This document shows, one piece after another, positions 1 to 7,875 of a stretch of DNA of 25,890 nt. This DNA is from a virus (taxonomy: Duplodnaviria; Caudoviricetes). How positions within the stretch are numbered: position 1 is the first letter of the stretch; each line of letters starts with the position of its first letter. Location of the stretch: positions 1-25,890 of the IMG/VR virus record IMGVR_UViG_3300038674_000458. The stretch is one strand, 5' to 3'. The notes under the pieces were generated by a model, which saw only the letters and a list, made by a program, of their open reading frames with translations, searched no databases and was not told where the DNA came from. Both the position numbers and the translations under genes were made by a program.

Positions 1-3000
1 TGATCGAACGAAAGCACATTCTCGTCCCGCTTGATGTTCGCAAGCGCCGCAAGCCGTTCCTTTAGGCGGGCCAGAAGTTTCAGGAGTTCCCGCAGGGTCC
101 GGCTTTTCCTGTTGCCTGTTTCTTGTTCCGCGGCGATCGCCCTTTCCAGCTCGTCGATCGCTTCCTGAATCAGCTCCCTCTCGGTGTCCTGCGGGACGGG
201 GATCTTCTGCAGGTGTTCCTTGGTGACAATGACGGCATCCCAATCCCCGGTTGCGATCCGGTAGAGGAACCGCTGCCGATTCGCGGGCTCGAAGTCCTGC
301 TTCTCGGGAGCAAGGATCTTCGCCCCCGGAAACAGCGTCATGAAGTTATCCTGAATCTGCGAGAAGATGACTTTCGGAACGACGATCATCGGCTTCTGGG
401 CAATCCCCAGGCGACGGAGTTCCATCGCAAGGGTCGCCATGATGAAGGTCTTCCCGGTCCCCACCTCATGCCAAAGCAGGGTGTTCCCCTCGACGAGGGA
501 ACGCCATACGGCGTTGATCTGCGTGTCGCGGAGGGTGATCGCGGTGTTTTGCCCTGGGACCTGCACCTTCCCGGAAGATGCGTAGATCCTCGTCCCATCA
601 TGCTTCGGCTCCACAAACGAATTGAAATTGTCGTTGTAAGCCCGATGGAGGACTTCGGTTCGCTCCGGATCTTCCCATACCCATTTCTGAAAACGCGCCT
701 TCAGCTCCTTCTGCTTCTGTTCCGCCGCAAGGGTTTCTTGAAGGTTGACGACCCGCTTCTCGGTCCCTTCTTTGTAAACGGTATCGTAGACCTTGATGGG
801 CTGCTGGTTCAGGGAATAGGTGATGATCCCGATCGCATCCACGCGGCGGGTGCCCCAGGTGTTTGTCAGGAGAGCGATATTGTCGGTAGCACGGTAGCTG
901 CTTTTCTTCTCCCGCTCCACTACCCACGTTGCGGATCCCGGCAGGAAGGAAACCCGGATCGGCTCTTTCAGGAGGTCCTCGGCAAAATCTTCGATGTATT
1001 CCGGAGCAATCCAGGAAGCCCCGAAGTTGACGTAGATTTCCGAAGGCGGAACATCCGGAGGAATAACCGCTTTCAGGGCTTCTGCGTTCCGGCTGAACCG
1101 GGGATCGACGGCCGCCGCGGCCTCCGCTTCCCGGAGCTTCTTCCGGACGTTCCCGGAGAGGTAGCGGTCGCGGATCTCGACGACGCCTTCCGGGGTCTGG
1201 AACGCATCCCCCTGTATGGCTTCCCACGCCTTATTCTCGTCCGTGCCAAGCAGCTCGGCGATTCGCGCGAGGTCAACCGCCCCTGTCTCGAAAAGGGAAA
1301 TCAGCATCGCGTCCCTGGGACTCGACGCGACATCGGCTTTCCGGGTCGGCTGCACGATCCGCTTGAGAAGGATGTCGGCCTTGCGCGGCTTCTTGGTTTC
1401 CGGGTCGACGTATTCAAGCGCCCGGAGAAGGTGGTAATTCGGATCGTCCCCAAAGAACTTCTTGTTCTTCGGATCGGAGATGGGACCGCGGGCCTTCACG
1501 GTCTTGTCGTAGAGCTTGTTGAGGGCGACGCGATCGGCCTCGAATTGCTCGTCGGCGTAGTCGGGATCGAGCTGTCTCGTCACCAGCTCCCGGGCGGCCT
1601 TCCCGGTTTCGATATACATTTCGTACTCTTTGACCGTGGAGAACGAGGACGATATTTCAACGAGCTTGTCCCCGACCCGCTGGAACACCTTGTCGTCCTT
1701 GATCGTGTAGGCGTTGTCCGGGAGGTTCGGGATCCCATCGATCTGGATCTCCGTCCGGGCCCCCTTCTTCGGCGGAAGGCTGAACTTCCTCGGCTCGTAG
1801 GCGTTCGCGATGAACATCTTGGAACTGTGAAGGATCGCCTCCCCGAGGTTCTCGTTGGCCGGCTCGACGGTATACTCGTTGGCCGAATACATGCCCCCGG
1901 CAAAGGATTCGTTCCCGAGGATGTTCTGCGGGTGTTCCGCGTAATACTCGTTTGTGTTCGCGGTGTTCTCGCCCCGTCTGAATTCCTTGAGCCCCATCCA
2001 TTTCGCGCCGGCAGCCGGCTCGCCCTCCGCGCGCCGGCGCAGGAAGATGATGTCGGTTACAACCTCGGTTGAAGCGTTCGACTTGAACGCCGTCCGGGGA
2101 AGGCGCACGGAGCCGAGCAGGTCGGCTTTCCCGGCGATGTATTCCCGGATCTTGGCGTCCTGCTTGTCCATCGTGTACCGGGACGTGATGAACGCGATGA
2201 GCCCGCCCGGGCGCACCTTGTCGAGCGTCTTGGCAAAGAAGTAGTCGTGGAGGGAGAACTTGTGCCGCGTGAATTTCGGGTCGGAGAGGATCGCAATTTC
2301 CGCGAAGGGGACGTTGGAAATTGCCAGGTCGTAGAAGTTATCGGAGAGGGCCGATTCCTGGTATCCCTGAATCCGCACGTCATGGGACTGATTCAGGTTC
2401 TTGAGGATCGTCCCGGTGATGGGATCGAGCTCGATCGCCGTGAACCGCGTTTTCCCCCGGATCTCCATCGGGGTTCGCATGAGGAAGTTCCCGATGCCAG
2501 CTCCCGGTTCCAGGACGCGGCCGCCCTTGAATCCGGCCGCCCGGATCGCTGACCACATGGCGTCGACCACTTCGAGGGAAGTGTAATGCGCGTTCAGGAC
2601 GGAATCACGGGCTGCAAGGTACAGGTCCCGAGGTAGAAGGTCCTCGAGCTCCGTGGCGATTTCTCGCCAGGACACCTGATCGTCTTTGCCCTTATACCAA
2701 TCGAACGCACGGGAAAGCCCGCCCCATCCGGAGTACCGGACGAGGATCTTCTGTTCCTCGGGCGTGGCGAGGCGTCCCTCTCCTTCGAGCTTCTGCAGGA
2801 CCTTGATCGCGGCGATATTGTCGCGGGAGCGCGTGATCGCGCCGCGGCCGGTGAAATCCACGTCTTCCGGGGTGAGGATGTAATCGGTTTTGCCGGGGGT
2901 GATGCCGAATTCTTCGTTGGCTTCGGCGGCCGCGGTGGAGGCGTCCTCGAGGACCGGTTCCTCTACAGGAGCGGTTCCTCCGGTTCCTCCTTCTCCCTCA

Positions 3001-6000
3001 GAAGCAGGTCGTTTGCTACCAGCTCGACTGCCTGATGTTCCTCGTGGCCGCTTTTTCTTAACTGCCGGTACATCTCGATCGCCTGATTCTCCCGATCCTG
3101 CAGGTACGCTTCCAGCGTCCCCGCTTTCTCCATCTCCGCGAGAAGATCCGGCCGGCAGGTTTCCAGGTTCTCCTGGAACTGTTCCTTCCACGTCCGGAGC
3201 ATGGTCGGCGCCTCCTTTGTCCTTAATTATACCCCTTTTGCCGAGGATTTTTCCCTTATGCTCTGCCTCGGAAAGCCGTGCGTGCACGAGGGCTTTCTTT
3301 ACTTCTTCCGGATTGTAAAGATCCTTTTCGGTGATGTCGTAATTCGACCTGTTTGCCATCTTGAGAATTTTGGAATTGATGGCTTCGGCTATTTCTTCCG
3401 GATCGAATCCCATCTTCGCGGCGCGATTGAAAAGGCGCAGGAGGGCTTTCTCTCCCGAGGAATACTCCGATTCCTTCTTGAGGTCGACGACATTGAGGGA
3501 CAGGTGCTCGGCGATCTTGTCGAGGCGCGCCCGGGCTTCCTGGGGGTCCCGCTCGAGGAGGTTTTCCTCGCCCATTCCGGGGAGCCGTGCCTGTCCTGCT
3601 CTCGACAGGTCGATGTCCTTGGCGATCGCCGCGGGGACGGGAGGTTCAGCAGGTTCCTCGACCGGGACCGCATTCACGCCTTCCCGGGTCGGTACAATCT
3701 TCGCTTTAGGGACATCCTTTACCGTAGAAACAGGAAGCCCTTTCTTTTTCAGGGCGTTCTTGATTACTTCGATTTGTCCCCGGGGATTCCTCGGCTTCGT
3801 GACGACAACCGCTTCCGCGGCTTTCCTCTGTTCGGGCGTCAGCTCAGACACAAACCGTTTGTATTCAAGATCGGGAGAGAGGATCTCGTCTACGACAGCG
3901 GGCGGGGCTACCTCTTGCGGGCCTTTTCCTCGATTGCTTTCCGCTTCTCCTGCTGCTTCTTGAGGGCGAGTTGCTTCTGCTGCGGGTTCAGGGGTTTTCC
4001 GGATTGCAGTAGGGATTTCCGGTGCAGGTTCGGGTGCATCTACTTCTCCTTTCTGACCGCCGGCGGGACCGGCGGATTCTGCGGGGGCGGCCACCCCTTC
4101 TTTAACCCGCCGTGCTTTCTCAATTCCTTCACGAGCCCATCCAGGGAGTTCACCACGACCCGCGCGTTCGCCCCGCTCGACGGAGATCCGCTTGACTTCG
4201 TTGGCGTTGGCATCAGCTTCCTCCTCGCTTTTCCCCATTCCGAAGTTGAATTTCGCACCTTTTACAACAATATCCGTTCCGTCCTCGGCCTTGAAAACAA
4301 TCTTCTTGTCGGCAAAAATCTCCTTGGCCTTCGCAATCTGATTCAGGGTATTGGCTTCGTCGTCCGGATTGAACAGCAGAGAGAATTCATCCCCGCCCGT
4401 CCGGTAGGGATCCAAGCCGGCTTCTTTCAGAGCGTCTGCAGCATTCTTCAGGAGAATGTCGCCAACGGCGTGCCCGAGTTCCGGGGCGTCGTTCACGGCT
4501 TTCATCCCCTCGAGGTCCAGGGTCCCAAAGCGCGCGTCGGCCTTGTCGACGTCCTCCCACGCCCGCCGGTTCTTCAAGCCGGTGATCGGGTCGATGTAGA
4601 TGAGGTTGTGCACGCCTTCCGCGTCGCCGGCTTCGATGAGCCTCTGCACCTTCGCCCGGAGCTCGGTATCCGCACGCCGTTCCCGCGGGCCCTCCTGGGC
4701 GGCGCGTCGGCGGTCGTAATGCGCTTCCGCATCCCGGGCGGCCTCGTGCAGGGAGGTGTTCAGGGCGATCGGCTCCCCGGGGCCGCTCGAGAGGGTGGGA
4801 GGTGGTGCCCCCGCCGGCGAACCGGGGGAGGGGACGGTCTGCTGCGGCGTTTCCGCCGCCGCCGGCGCGGACGCGGCTGGGGGGGGCGCCGGGGGGGGCA
4901 CATGCGGGCCACCCGCGGCCGGGGCCGGCGCGGAAGGCGCGGCGGGCTGCGTGGCTGCAATCTCGGGGGGGACCGGGGGGGCCGCTGGAGGCGCGGGAGG
5001 TGGTGCCTCGGCCGGCAGGGTCCCCTTGGGATACTTCGATACGACATGCTTCCCGTCCGGGGAAGTCCCGATCTTTACGTCGAACCCTTCCCGGGACCAG
5101 ACATCCCGCAAGGAAAGGGCCGAGCTGTAGTCGCTGACCGCCCTGGAATCTATTATCTCGGGCGACATAGGCATCGGGCCGCCGGAAGGCGAGATCGGCT
5201 CTCCTGGGGGCGCCTGGGCTGCGGGCGGGCCGGTTTCGAGGGCGCCGCGAACCTCTACCGGGGGCTCCGGAGAGGGCTCCTGTCCCTTGACGGTGCGCTT
5301 GGCCTTCTTCCCGAGGATTTCCCCGAGCCAATTCGGGTGGACATCCTCGACGGAAATCTCCCCTTTCCGGATCGCGTCGGCAACCGTCGACCGGAAGGTG
5401 GGGTCGGTTTTCATCAGGTTTACGAGGTCCGGATTGGCCGTCGGATCGTCGGCCATGACTTTTACAAGGTCTTGTTTCGTGTAGTTACGGGACTTGACGG
5501 TCTTGTACAACATTTCCTCGGGAACGACTTTGCCGGCCGCCTCGACAACCTTCCCGGCGCCCTTCTTCGCGGCGTACTGCAATCCCTTCCGGCCACCGTA
5601 GAGGATCGGCGCTGCCTCGAGTCCGGTCGCCGTGAGGGCCGCGGCCAAGGGGGAGCCCGTCGCCTCGAAGATCGCCTCGCCAGCGCCCTGCCCCGCCCGG
5701 GCCGGGAGCCCGAGGACGTGATCGAATCCTTCCTTGACGGCCATTCCCTCGGGGGAGAGTACCCGCTCCCAGGGGATCGGGAAGGCGCCGGTGATCTCCT
5801 TGTACCCCTCGCCGATCTTCTCGGGGGTCCCTCGAAGTAGGTTCACCGGAAGGCCAAGGGCTTCATAAAGCCCGCCCGCGAGCGCCTGGGCGCTACCTTT
5901 TACAAGATCCACTCCCGAAGCGCCAAGCGCCGAGAGGGAATCCCCAAGCGCCTTGATCGGGGTCGTGATAGGGTTCTGCGGTGCCGAAAACGGGACTGCG

Positions 6001-6146
6001 ACCGGCTGGTTGTTGTCGTCGACCGGGGTAAGGTCGTATTCCTGGGCCGCCAAGGGTTTATTGTCCTCGCCGACCGGGGCGAGATCGTATCCGGCTGCGG
6101 AAAGCGGTTTGTTGCTATCGTCTACCGGTATTAGGTCGTATTCCAT
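1..6146 (-). CDS. Giant multidomain virion/ejection protein (partial, >2048 aa): N-terminal repeats, Pro/Ala linker, GGDEF domain, DarB-like N6-adenine DNA methyltransferase and SF2/SNF2-type helicase
   Basis: ATG at 6146 after GAGGG; no in-frame stop found by manual translation, and absence from the ORF track fits a frame open to the window edge. Motifs: IDPITGLKNRR..DLEGMKAVND..GHAVGD..YRTGGDEF (GGDEF at 4383-4397); NIAAIKVLQKLEGEGRLATPEEQKILVRYSGWGG; VLEPGAGIGNF (2484-2516); SNVPF (NVPF 2304-2315); Walker A HEVGTGKT (447-470). Last in the ejection-protein gene run. Confidence 0.92.
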   Translation of the reverse strand, partial: MEYDLIPVDDSNKPLSAAGYDLAPVGEDNKPLAAQEYDLTPVDDNNQPVAVPFSAPQNPITTPIKALGDSLSALGASGVDLVKGSAQALAGGLYEALGLPVNLLRGTPEKIGEGYKEITGAFPIPWERVLSPEGMAVKEGFDHVLGLPARAGQGAGEAIFEATGSPLAAALTATGLEAAPILYGGRKGLQYAAKKGAGKVVEAAGKVVPEEMLYKTVKSRNYTKQDLVKVMADDPTANPDLVNLMKTDPTFRSTVADAIRKGEISVEDVHPNWLGEILGKKAKRTVKGQEPSPEPPVEVRGALETGPPAAQAPPGEPISPSGGPMPMSPEIIDSRAVSDYSSALSLRDVWSREGFDVKIGTSPDGKHVVSKYPKGTLPAEAPPPAPPAAPPVPPEIAATQPAAPSAPAPAAGGPHVPPPAPPPAASAPAAAETPQQTVPSPGSPAGAPPPTLSSGPGEPIALNTSLHEAARDAEAHYDRRRAAQEGPRERRADTELRAKVQRLIEAGDAEGVHNLIYIDPITGLKNRRAWEDVDKADARFGTLDLEGMKAVNDAPELGHAVGDILLKNAADALKEAGLDPYRTGGDEFSLLFNPDDEANTLNQIAKAKEIFADKKIVFKAEDGTDIVVKGAKFNFGMGKSEEEADANANEVKRISVERGERAGRGELPGWAREGIEKARRVKEGVAAPAESAGPAGGQKGEVDAPEPAPEIPTAIRKTPEPAAEATRPQEAAGEAESNRGKGPQEVAPPAVVDEILSPDLEYKRFVSELTPEQRKAAEAVVVTKPRNPRGQIEVIKNALKKKGLPVSTVKDVPKAKIVPTREGVNAVPVEEPAEPPVPAAIAKDIDLSRAGQARLPGMGEENLLERDPQEARARLDKIAEHLSLNVVDLKKESEYSSGEKALLRLFNRAAKMGFDPEEIAEAINSKILKMANRSNYDITEKDLYNPEEVKKALVHARLSEAEHKGKILGKRGIIKDKGGADHAPDVEGTVPGEPGNLPAGSSRGDGESGDAGSVPAGSGESGDRDVPAVKKKRPRGTSGSRAGSKRPASEGEGGTGGTAPVEEPVLEDASTAAAEANEEFGITPGKTDYILTPEDVDFTGRGAITRSRDNIAAIKVLQKLEGEGRLATPEEQKILVRYSGWGGLSRAFDWYKGKDDQVSWREIATELEDLLPRDLYLAARDSVLNAHYTSLEVVDAMWSAIRAAGFKGGRVLEPGAGIGNFLMRTPMEIRGKTRFTAIELDPITGTILKNLNQSHDVRIQGYQESALSDNFYDLAISNVPFAEIAILSDPKFTRHKFSLHDYFFAKTLDKVRPGGLIAFITSRYTMDKQDAKIREYIAGKADLLGSVRLPRTAFKSNASTEVVTDIIFLRRRAEGEPAAGAKWMGLKEFRRGENTANTNEYYAEHPQNILGNESFAGGMYSANEYTVEPANENLGEAILHSSKMFIANAYEPRKFSLPPKKGARTEIQIDGIPNLPDNAYTIKDDKVFQRVGDKLVEISSSFSTVKEYEMYIETGKAARELVTRQLDPDYADEQFEADRVALNKLYDKTVKARGPISDPKNKKFFGDDPNYHLLRALEYVDPETKKPRKADILLKRIVQPTRKADVASSPRDAMLISLFETGAVDLARIAELLGTDENKAWEAIQGDAFQTPEGVVEIRDRYLSGNVRKKLREAEAAAAVDPRFSRNAEALKAVIPPDVPPSEIYVNFGASWIAPEYIEDFAEDLLKEPIRVSFLPGSATWVVEREKKSSYRATDNIALLTNTWGTRRVDAIGIITYSLNQQPIKVYDTVYKEGTEKRVVNLQETLAAEQKQKELKARFQKWVWEDPERTEVLHRAYNDNFNSFVEPKHDGTRIYASSGKVQVPGQNTAITLRDTQINAVWRSLVEGNTLLWHEVGTGKTFIMATLAMELRRLGIAQKPMIVVPKVIFSQIQDNFMTLFPGAKILAPEKQDFEPANRQRFLYRIATGDWDAVIVTKEHLQKIPVPQDTERELIQEAIDELERAIAAEQETGNRKSRTLRELLKLLARLKERLAALANIKRDENVLSFD
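2963..3202 (-). CDS. Nested 79-aa helical protein (TnpV/DUF1896-like) overprinted in the +1 frame of the giant gene
   Basis: AAGGAGG at 3211-3217, 8 nt before ATG, and TATAAT at 3226-3231. Protein-like sequence (RPDLLAEMEKAGTLEAYLQDRENQA..YRQLRKSG..AVELVANDLL), while the host frame here is a low-complexity G/S/P/R linker. Family resemblance is by eye. Confidence 0.75.
   Translation of the reverse strand: MLRTWKEQFQENLETCRPDLLAEMEKAGTLEAYLQDRENQAIEMYRQLRKSGHEEHQAVELVANDLLLREKEEPEEPLL
3211..3231 (-). promoter_or_regulatory. Internal -10 box (TATAAT) and Shine-Dalgarno (AAGGAGG) upstream of the nested 79-aa gene
   Basis: Minus strand reads GGGGTATAATTAAGGACAAAGGAGGCGCCGACCATG. An exact TATAAT is unusual in GC-rich coding DNA. 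No clear -35 hexamer. Confidence 0.6.
3908..4039 (-). CDS. Nested 43-aa basic Lys/Gln-rich protein in the +1 frame of the giant gene
   Basis: MHPNLHRKSLLQSGKPLNPQQKQLALKKQQEKRKAIEEKARKR. AAGGAG at 4046-4051, 6 nt before ATG. 33 of 42 internal codons end in G/C, while host-frame codons here are often A/T-ending. Below the ORF-track size cut-off. Confidence 0.55.
   Translation of the reverse strand: MHPNLHRKSLLQSGKPLNPQQKQLALKKQQEKRKAIEEKARKR
4040..4213 (-). CDS. Possible nested 57-aa protein in the +1 frame, directly after the GGDEF core
   Basis: GAGGAGG 6 nt before ATG 4213, although this also encodes Glu-Glu in the host frame. The segment VVVNSLDGLVKELRKHGGLKKGWPPPQNPP has GC3-biased codons. 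Its TAG abuts the next nested ATG. Confidence 0.4.
   Translation of the reverse strand: MPTPTKSSGSPSSGANARVVVNSLDGLVKELRKHGGLKKGWPPPQNPPVPPAVRKEK
5994..6146 (-). repeat. Three imperfect 51-nt (17-aa) tandem repeats at the N-terminus of the giant protein
   Basis: MEYDLIPVDDSNKPLSA / AGYDLAPVGEDNKPLAA / QEYDLTPVDDNNQPVAV. Confidence 0.85.
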
Positions 6147-6155
6147 GCGGCGCCT

Positions 6156-7382
6156 CTACTTGGACCGGGGGGTGACTTTGAATTTCTGGCCGTTGATCCT
6201 AACGTAGTAGTTTCCGTCGGGCTCGAGGTTTGCCGTCATCGGCTTGCCGTCCTTGCCCTGCAGCTGCAGCACCTTGGGCTTTCTCCCCGGCTTGGCCAGC
6301 GCAGGGGCCGCCGCGGAGGACGCGTTCCCCCCGTTGAAGATCCGGTCGAAGATCCCGGGGGACTTGGCCGGCGCGGGCGGCGCGGGGGCCGCGGGCTCCT
6401 TCCACGGTGGCGCGGCCGGGGCCGGCATTTCTCTGTCCTGTGACTGCAGCAGCGTCCCGAGAATCCCCTGCTTCTCGACGATCGGGCGCAGGTACTCCAT
6501 CATCATGATGTCGTCCTCATCGGCTTTCCCGACCGAATAGGCGTTGAGAAGCTGAACATAGTAATGCTGGATCGTCTTGGGATCCGAAGCGCTGGCAAGG
6601 TCGATCTTGTATTTGACGAGAGAGCGCGCGCCGGCTTGCCGCAACCGCTCCTGATCCATCCTGCCCTCGGCCATGACCCTGGCGATCCGCTCCCGGGCCT
6701 CGGCCGCGGCCACGGCGCCCTTGTTCTTGAGGGTCTGCACCTCCGTCTGCATCGGGCGAACACCGACGTGCTCGAGGGCTTTCCCATCTTCCTCGACGGT
6801 CGTGAGCCATCCCCGTTCGCTGACGCCGAACGAGGGGCGCACGGGCTTGTTGGGGACGGAGAACAGGACCTTGCCCGTCCTGTCGGTGACGACGCTCCCC
6901 GGGGCGTGCGCGTAAAGTTCTTTCTTTCCCGGATCGAAAAAGTCGTTCCCGAACAGCTTGTTGACCAAGCCAACCGCTTCCGGAACGTAGTCTCCGGTGT
7001 TTGCGATCGCCTGGAAGATGCCTTTCTGCAGGGTATCCTGCGCGCTCGGCTCGGCAAGGCCGGCGCCCTGCGGCGGCGCGGGCATGGCGGCCGTCGGCAT
7101 CGGAGCGGGCGCCGTCACTCCCGGGACCGGAGCGGAGGGCCCGCCGAAAACGATCTGCCCCGCGGCCGCGGTAGGAAGCGCCATCGGGGGGGTCCATCCC
7201 TGCGGTGCGTCCGGCGCGGGGGCCGGCGCGGGGGTTTCCGCTTCCGGGGAGGGCTTCGGGGAATCGAGAAGGACGGAGAGGGAGCTCATCAGCTCCTTCA
7301 TCGCCTTGCTGGTTTCCTTCTTTACCCGATCCGACTTCGCTTCATCAAGCCCTTTGAAAAAATAGGTGGTCAGGTCGCTCAC
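6156..7382 (-). CDS. Internal virion/DNA ejection protein (position of P22 gp20 / T7 gp15), 408 aa
   Basis: GTG start after AGGAGG. Pro/Ala-rich linkers and helical segments. Lies between the small ejection protein and the giant protein. Confidence 0.7.
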   Translation of the reverse strand: MSDLTTYFFKGLDEAKSDRVKKETSKAMKELMSSLSVLLDSPKPSPEAETPAPAPAPDAPQGWTPPMALPTAAAGQIVFGGPSAPVPGVTAPAPMPTAAMPAPPQGAGLAEPSAQDTLQKGIFQAIANTGDYVPEAVGLVNKLFGNDFFDPGKKELYAHAPGSVVTDRTGKVLFSVPNKPVRPSFGVSERGWLTTVEEDGKALEHVGVRPMQTEVQTLKNKGAVAAAEARERIARVMAEGRMDQERLRQAGARSLVKYKIDLASASDPKTIQHYYVQLLNAYSVGKADEDDIMMMEYLRPIVEKQGILGTLLQSQDREMPAPAAPPWKEPAAPAPPAPAKSPGIFDRIFNGGNASSAAAPALAKPGRKPKVLQLQGKDGKPMTANLEPDGNYYVRINGQKFKVTPRSK

Positions 7383-7392
7383 GTCGGGCCTC

Positions 7393-7875
7393 CTACTTGA
7401 AATATCTGTCGGCGATCTTCCCTACCCCGTAAGCCCCCGCCATGCCCATCAGGTTTCCGATGCTGTTGGTGAAGATGGCGGAAGTGCTCGGCCCGGAATT
7501 GACCGGCTGAAGCGTGGGCGTGCCCGACTTCATGCTCATGGCCGTTTTCACCATGTCGGAATACAGGTCGCCGATCGCGGAGGTCCTCGATCCCGCAAGG
7601 CGCGTAATCGGCGCCGCCACGGAATCACCTCCCAGGCCGCGCGCAGCCAGGGCGCGGGTCGTGGTGTCGAGCCCGGAGGTGTACCCCGCGTTGATCTTGC
7701 TGACTCCCGAGTTGAAGAACTGCGCCTGTTCCGCGGGCGTCATGGTGTGGGCTTCGATGTTCGCCTGGTTCGCCGCCTGTTGCGCCTCCGCGGCTTTGTT
7801 CGCTGCCTTCCTCTGGGCGCGAGACGATAGGTACGATCCGCCCAGAAGCAGACCGGCTCCTAACGCTGTGGCCAT
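7393..7875 (-). CDS. Small DNA ejection/pilot protein (P22 gp7 / T7 gp14-like), 160 aa
   Basis: AAGGAGG RBS. Gly/Ala hydrophobic N-terminus (MATALGAGLLLGGSYL) followed by AQRKAANKAAEAQQAANQ, and a Gly-rich hydrophobic C-terminus. Follows the GNAT gene. Confidence 0.75.
   Translation of the reverse strand: MATALGAGLLLGGSYLSSRAQRKAANKAAEAQQAANQANIEAHTMTPAEQAQFFNSGVSKINAGYTSGLDTTTRALAARGLGGDSVAAPITRLAGSRTSAIGDLYSDMVKTAMSMKSGTPTLQPVNSGPSTSAIFTNSIGNLMGMAGAYGVGKIADRYFK

Noticed and set aside
4037-4042. In-frame TAG-ATG junction as a sign of stop-codon reassignment
   Set aside because: Clear genes such as the major capsid end in TAG with the next gene following normally, and the second ORF has its own RBS.
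4780-5010. Very GC-rich repetitive-looking stretch
   Set aside because: Explained by a Pro/Ala linker in the giant protein. No regular repeat-spacer structure, so not a CRISPR array or tandem repeat.
3389-5047. Other +1-frame ORFs inside the giant gene (3389-3673, 4760-5047)
   Set aside because: Arg/Pro/Ser-rich shadow translations with weak or no RBS, and the host frame looks like the real coding frame there.
123-5840. Long plus-strand ORFs 123-2072 (649 aa) and 3201-5840 (879 aa)
   Set aside because: They are the codon-aligned antisense mirror of the giant minus-strand gene. High GC3 suppresses stops, and they show no recognisable motifs.
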